From: Erysipelothrix larvae | GTDB taxonomy: Bacteria; Bacillota_I; Bacilli_A; Erysipelotrichales; Erysipelotrichaceae | Reading direction: 5' to 3' | Assembly: GCF_001545095.1 (NCBI RefSeq) | Contig: NZ_CP013213.1 | Location: forward strand, 570,001 to 602,000 | Length of the DNA: 32,000 nt | Part shown: positions 28,234 to 32,000 of the stretch, one piece after another | How the letters are laid out: each line of letters opens with the position of its first letter | Numbering within the stretch: position 1 is the stretch's first letter | Translations under genes and position numbers: made by a program | The notes under the pieces: model-generated | What the model saw: the letters and a program-made list of their open reading frames with translations, nothing else | Databases searched by the model: none | Told to the model about the DNA's origin: nothing

Positions 28234-30279
28234 ATGGGAACAAAAATTGTTGTTGTCGGTGCCGGTTATGCGGGTGTTCTTACAGCTAAAAAGCTTGCTA
28301 AGAAATTCAAGAAAAATTCCGACGTACAAGTAACGATTATTGATAAAAATCCGTTCCATACAATGTTAACAGAACTTCACGAAGTGGCAGCTTGCCGCGT
28401 TGATGAAGAAAGCATTCGCATGGACCTTAAAAAGATTTTTGCTGGACGTCGTGTTGATGTTAAATTAGATACAGTTGAGACTGTTGATTTTGATGCTAAA
28501 AAGGTAGTTGGGAAACATGAAACTTATGATTACGACTATGTTGTAATTGCTTCAGGTTCAAAACCAACTTACTTTGGGGTGCCAGGTGCGAAAGAAAACT
28601 CATTCACACTATGGTCATATGATGATGCGGTTATTTTACGTGACCACATTCACAATACATTCCATGCAGCTTCATGTGAACCAGATCTTGCGAAACGTCG
28701 TAAGATGTTGACATTCCATGTTGTTGGTGCTGGATTTACAGGTGTTGAAATGATGGGTGAGTTGGCTGAGTATGTGCCAGTTCTTTGTCACAAACTAAGC
28801 CTTGATCCAAGCGATGTAACCATGGTTAACCTTGATGGTATGAATCGCGTAGTACCGATCTTACCTGAAAAACTTTCTGCAAAAGTTGAACGTCGTCTTG
28901 CGAAGATGGGTGTTCGTGTAGAATTAAATGCAATGGTAAAAGAAGTCGGTGCAGATTTTGTAGTTTACGAACGTGATGGTAAACAAGTCCGTGAAGAAAC
29001 AACAACAACAATTTGGACCGCAGGTATTGAACAAAATGACGTCGCAAGCGATTCGGGCAAATCTCTTGAAGCAGCACAACGTGGTGGACGTATTGAAACC
29101 GATGGATTCTTACGTGCTAAGGGTCGTGAGGATGTATATGTTGTCGGTGATAACATGTACTATATCGTTGAAGGTGAAGACCGTCCCGTACCACAAATGG
29201 TTGAAAATGCTGAACACAGTGCTGGAACTGCTGCAAACAATATCGCGGAATCAATTCGTGGTGGCAACAATCTAAAAACATATAAACCTGCATTCCATGG
29301 TGTTATGGTGTGTATCGGTGGTAAATATGGGGTAGCTCATGTTGGACTTCCAAACTTCATGTTCTCACTTCCTTCATTCTTCGCAATGTTTGCGAAACAC
29401 TTTATTAACATTGTATATTTCATTCAAGTCATGGGTTGGACAAAGATTTTCAGTTACCTTAAACATGAATTCTTTACAATCCGTAACCAACGTAGCTTTG
29501 TAGGTGGTCACCTATCAAATCGTACACCAAGCTTCTTATTGATGCCTGTACGTGTATGGTTGGGTGCTGTATGGTTGTTTGAAGGACTTTACAAATGGCT
29601 CGCAGAAGGATGGCTTGAAGAATTCAAACTTCCTGACTTCTTTAAATATGCAAACATGTTCTATGACAATATTATTGACAGTGCAACTGCTGCTTATTAT
29701 CATGTAGGAACTGAAGTAGCACTTAAGGGCTCAGATATGATTTCTGCAGCAACCGGTGATGCTGGATCAGGCGCTACAGGCGATGCTGCATCGGGTGCGA
29801 CTGGAGCTGGAGGCGGAACTGCATCAGCAGGTGAATTATTATTTAATGTTCGTTTCTTCAATGTGTTCCACTTAATCTTTGTTTCTTCAACTGCACTTGA
29901 ATCAGCAAAACTTGAAAACTATGCATTCAAACTAAACGTTCCACTTATGAACTGGTTTGTTGAAAATGTAATTCTTGCAAATCCTGATTTTGGTATGATT
30001 ATGCAAGTATCAATCGTTATTATGGAAATCTTAGTAGGTCTTGCATTAATTGCAGGTCTATTCACAACATTATCTGCAGGTGTATCAATTGTATTACAAT
30101 TGATGTTCCTCATGACTACTGGTTGGTATCTATCAGGTGCTTGGATGTTCTTTGCAAGCTTTGCAGTATTAATCGGTGGTGGACGTACACTGGGTCTTGA
30201 TTATTGGGTAATGCCATGGCTTAAGAAGCAATGGACAAAAATTCCGTTCTTTAAGAAGTGGTACCTCTATCACGAGTAA
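28234..30279 (+). CDS. ndh: Type II NADH dehydrogenase (NDH-2) fused to a C-terminal DoxX-like polytopic membrane domain
   Basis: I chose ATG 28234, which has AGGAGG 7 nt upstream. Two GxGxxG folds are present (VVVGAGYAG, HVVGAGFTGVE). Residues from about 440 to 681 are hydrophobic, with the start LLMPVRVWLGAVWLFEGLYK and the end motif GGGRTLGLDYW resembling the DoxX/DoxD family. A TATAAT sits at 28199-28204. Confidence 0.8.
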   Translation: MGTKIVVVGAGYAGVLTAKKLAKKFKKNSDVQVTIIDKNPFHTMLTELHEVAACRVDEESIRMDLKKIFAGRRVDVKLDTVETVDFDAKKVVGKHETYDYDYVVIASGSKPTYFGVPGAKENSFTLWSYDDAVILRDHIHNTFHAASCEPDLAKRRKMLTFHVVGAGFTGVEMMGELAEYVPVLCHKLSLDPSDVTMVNLDGMNRVVPILPEKLSAKVERRLAKMGVRVELNAMVKEVGADFVVYERDGKQVREETTTTIWTAGIEQNDVASDSGKSLEAAQRGGRIETDGFLRAKGREDVYVVGDNMYYIVEGEDRPVPQMVENAEHSAGTAANNIAESIRGGNNLKTYKPAFHGVMVCIGGKYGVAHVGLPNFMFSLPSFFAMFAKHFINIVYFIQVMGWTKIFSYLKHEFFTIRNQRSFVGGHLSNRTPSFLLMPVRVWLGAVWLFEGLYKWLAEGWLEEFKLPDFFKYANMFYDNIIDSATAAYYHVGTEVALKGSDMISAATGDAGSGATGDAASGATGAGGGTASAGELLFNVRFFNVFHLIFVSSTALESAKLENYAFKLNVPLMNWFVENVILANPDFGMIMQVSIVIMEILVGLALIAGLFTTLSAGVSIVLQLMFLMTTGWYLSGAWMFFASFAVLIGGGRTLGLDYWVMPWLKKQWTKIPFFKKWYLYHE

Positions 30280-30292
30280 TTGGTGAGTCTCA

Positions 30293-31225
30293 GTGAATGA
30301 ACTAATCAAAAAAAACTTAGAGATGGTAAATGCGGAGGTTGATAATTTATTGTCAACCTCTCCTTTACTCATTCGGCAGTATATGACGCATTTGGGGAAA
30401 GCTAAAGGAAAAGGCATTCGTGCGAGCGCAGTTCTTGCAAGCTCAATCACAAATGAAAATGACATTCCTTTGGACGCAATTCACTTTGCAAGTGCGATTG
30501 AACTGCTACATCTTGCATCACTGGTTCATGATGATGTGATGGATGATGCAAAAGTTAGACGTGGAATCACAACTCTTAATGAAAAATACGGACGGAAAAC
30601 CGCAGTCATTTGCGGAGATTATGTGCTTGCTTTAGCACTGAAATCCTTCGCAAAAATTGAAGATGGGGCGAAATATTCCGGATTCAGTTTATCAACAACA
30701 ATGGAAGACTTGGCATTGGGTGAGTTGAATCAACACATCAACAATGGCAATCTATACATATCAATACCTGAATACCTTGCAATTATTAAAGGAAAAACAG
30801 CTGCTTTATTTGAAGCTTCATTCTATGCAGGCGCAATTACAAGTGGTGTCGATAATGAAGAAGTTGAAAAGTATAAACCCTTTGGAAACAATGTGGGTAT
30901 GATTTTTCAATTGATGGATGATTGTCTTGATTATGAATCATCTGAAGCTGTGGCATTAAAACCCGTAGCCTCTGATTTTTCACAAGGGGTTATCACATTG
31001 CCACTCATTCATGCATTTGATGAAGAACCAGAGTTAAGAACAACATCATTGACACGTGAAATTGTTATTGATCGTGTTAAGAAGTATTCAGGCGTACCTT
31101 TTACAAAAATGAAAGCTCAAAAATATTATGATGAAGCGATTGCGATTTTGGAAACATTGAATGTGAGTTCAATGAAGAAGGATCAACTTCAATTCATTCT
31201 TGATAAGTCAATGGGGAAAATATGA
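30293..31225 (+). CDS. Polyprenyl diphosphate synthase (HepT/DmkB-like trans-prenyltransferase)
   Basis: First Asp-rich motif LVHDDVMDDAKVRRG and second motif QLMDDCLDY. GTG start lies 13 nt after the ndh stop. Confidence 0.8.
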   Translation: MNELIKKNLEMVNAEVDNLLSTSPLLIRQYMTHLGKAKGKGIRASAVLASSITNENDIPLDAIHFASAIELLHLASLVHDDVMDDAKVRRGITTLNEKYGRKTAVICGDYVLALALKSFAKIEDGAKYSGFSLSTTMEDLALGELNQHINNGNLYISIPEYLAIIKGKTAALFEASFYAGAITSGVDNEEVEKYKPFGNNVGMIFQLMDDCLDYESSEAVALKPVASDFSQGVITLPLIHAFDEEPELRTTSLTREIVIDRVKKYSGVPFTKMKAQKYYDEAIAILETLNVSSMKKDQLQFILDKSMGKI

Positions 31226-32000
31226 TTAAACGACTTTTTAAATTTGTTGAGATACAGACAAAGATCACAAGTTTCTTTACGTTTATGCTCATGATTGGTG
31301 TTATGATTTATCATAACATTAACATTGACCTGATAAAGACTTGTGTCTTTTTCTTAGGGATGTTTATCTTTGATCTCACTACAACCGCAATAAATAACAC
31401 AATTGATTCTAAAACAAATGGTCAAGACTTAGGGTTTACCTATACTCAAGGCAAGATGATGTGTTTTGGACTCTTCGCAATTAGTACCATTCTCGGGATT
31501 GCACTTGTAATACTCACCGATTGGATTGTCCTTTTATTAGGCATGTTCTGTTTTGCAGTCGGGGTTCTTTACACCTATGGACCTGTCCCGATATCACGAA
31601 CACCCTTGGGTGAGTTTTTATCCGGAATCTTATACGGATACTTTATTCCCTTTATCTTATTGTATATCAATATCGGACACGATTTACTGTCCGTGAGTGT
31701 CGGTGAAATCATCACGCTTAACGTTCATACGAAAATGTTTATCGGATTTGTGATTGCGGGATTTATTCCCACACTGCTAACCGCAAATATTATGCTGGGC
31801 AATAATACCTGTGATGTTGAAGCGGATGTGAAGGTCAATCGATTCACACTGCCATTTTATATTGGTAAACCAAACGCAGTAATCTTAATGCGAATCTTAT
31901 ATGCACTTGTGTATGTTGGTGTGATTGTTGGGGTAGTATGTGGGGTGTATCATCCCATTGTGCTTCTGACACTCGCAACAGCACCTGTTGTCATGAAGCA
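31221..32000 (+). CDS. menA: UbiA-family prenyltransferase, MenA/DmkA-like (1,4-dihydroxy-2-naphthoate polyprenyltransferase), 3'-truncated by the window edge
   Basis: Not in the ORF track because it has no stop within the window. The ATG at 31221 overlaps the upstream stop (ATATGA). The frame is open for 260 codons to base 32000. My own translation reads MIKRLFKFVEIQTKITSFFTF...AINNTIDSKTNGQD...LYTYGPVPISRTPLGE, a polytopic UbiA-like protein. Confidence 0.7.

Noticed and set aside
1-32000. A window-wide look for CRISPR repeats, IS/transposase or integrase genes, phage modules, toxin-antitoxin pairs, restriction-modification or other defence-island architecture, and tRNA/rRNA genes.
   Set aside because: None was found. 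Every ORF of 100 aa or more that is not a shadow ORF has a housekeeping, transport or metabolic family signature. Intergenic regions are short and are explained by promoters, terminators and T-boxes. Composition is uniform, with no sign of a horizontally acquired island. The region therefore appears to be ordinary core genome.

Overview
This window is a low-GC Firmicute (Bacillota)-type chromosomal segment: GGAGG-type Shine-Dalgarno sites, lipoprotein lipoboxes and two T-box leaders. It is densely packed with about 29 protein genes of ordinary core or metabolic character. Left to right: a 5'-truncated UPF0104/flippase-like membrane protein and a HAD phosphatase; a T-box-controlled polar amino-acid ABC importer (binding protein, permease, ATPase); a convergent two-gene ABC exporter of unknown substrate; galM; alr (minus strand); trhO; galE; a DUF969-DUF979-pcp operon; dps; a YhdH-type oxidoreductase (minus strand); an isochorismatase-family hydrolase; an orphan ECF S-component; a YczE-like membrane protein; a BMP-family nucleoside-type ABC importer (binding protein, double ATPase, two permeases); an alpha/beta hydrolase (minus strand); a BaiN/HI0933-type flavoprotein; a HAD hydrolase broken by two frameshifts; a Leu T-box plus leuS; and an operon encoding an NDH-2 fused to a DoxX-like membrane domain, a polyprenyl synthase and a UbiA/MenA prenyltransferase that runs off the right edge. 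I saw no rRNA or tRNA genes, CRISPR arrays, transposases, integrases, phage genes or recognisable defence-gene architecture, and I cannot support a claim of a wholly new system here. The most interesting items are: the NDH-2/DoxX + polyprenyl synthase + prenyltransferase module, which resembles the quinone half of the Listeria flavin-based extracellular electron transfer locus; the poorly characterised DUF969/DUF979/pcp operon; a probable Arg-specific T-box on an amino-acid transporter; a doubly frameshifted HAD gene; and several unexplained perfect palindromes or repeats in promoter regions. All family calls come from reading motifs in the supplied translations. No database search was run.
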